A DNA stretch of 64,000 nucleotides from an uncultured bacterium (lineage in GTDB: Bacteria; Acidobacteriota; HRBIN11; JAKEFK01). Positions within the stretch are counted from its first letter, which is position 1. Every line of letters begins with the position of its first letter. A program made the translations under genes and the position numbers. Shown here one piece after another: positions 63,734 to 64,000 of this stretch. The stretch is taken from contig CAVZQN010000008.1 in the NCBI GenBank assembly GCA_963777505.1, forward strand, positions 384,001-448,000. Direction: 5' to 3'. Under the pieces are notes generated by a model that was given only the letters and a program-made list of their open reading frames with translations, was not told where the DNA came from and did no database searches.

Positions 63734-64000
63734 TTAATTCTTTTCGAGTTGTTGCTTGGCTTTTTCGCGTTCGAGATTCTCTTCTACAACAAGTTTATAA
63801 GCAATGTAGTATTTGTAAATATTGCTTACGTAGGTAACAGTTTCCTGTCCAATTTTTTCTGCCGCGATCAGTTCAACATTATTGAACCAGACATTTGGAT
63901 CAAGCCCTCTCTTCTTGGCTTCTGCCCTGAGCGTGCGCATTCTACCGGGGCCTGCGTTGTACGAAGCAAACGTGAAAAGCATTTTGTTCAATTGATCCAT
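63734..64000 (-). CDS. C-terminus of an MltF-like lytic transglycosylase (5' end outside the window)
   Basis: ASYNAGP, GLDPNVWFNNVE, ETVTYVSNIYKYY. Confidence 0.85.
   Translation of the reverse strand: MDQLNKMLFTFASYNAGPGRMRTLRAEAKKRGLDPNVWFNNVELIAAEKIGQETVTYVSNIYKYYIAYKLVVEENLEREKAKQQLEKN

Overview
A 64 kb window of bacterial DNA, most likely Acidobacteriota. That assignment is inferred from an ADOP-type orphan permease, several Hanks-type kinase-TPR genes and REP-like repeats of the ACCGCAGAGACGCAGAG type. I found no rRNA, tRNA, CRISPR array or transposase. From left to right the window holds: an arginine-synthetase-like (ArcE)/carbamate kinase/OTC/M28 peptidase operon behind a long structured leader; minor type IV pilins; an ADP-heptose/LPS-core operon with an ICMT-like methyltransferase, an acyltransferase and a radical SAM enzyme; a mixed accessory region (three Ser/Thr kinases, PGM1-like ATP-grasp, second radical SAM, di-heme protein, secreted Rid, AqpZ, ADOP); a sigma54-driven operon for a signal-peptide-bearing aspartase, a periplasmic asparaginase and a porin; and a GC-rich block (~52-63.6 kb) with a FIST/hybrid histidine kinase and a VOC-BKACE-CMD-BASS-Rieske-SulP operon preceded by a DosR-like box. 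Many genes between 35 and 57 kb carry frameshifts, probably long-read assembly errors. The top leads are the apparently periplasmic Asn->Asp->fumarate pathway, the ArcE operon and its leader RNA, and four dispersed orphan proteins that look like type III-type export substrates. All assignments come from motif recognition by eye, with no database searches.
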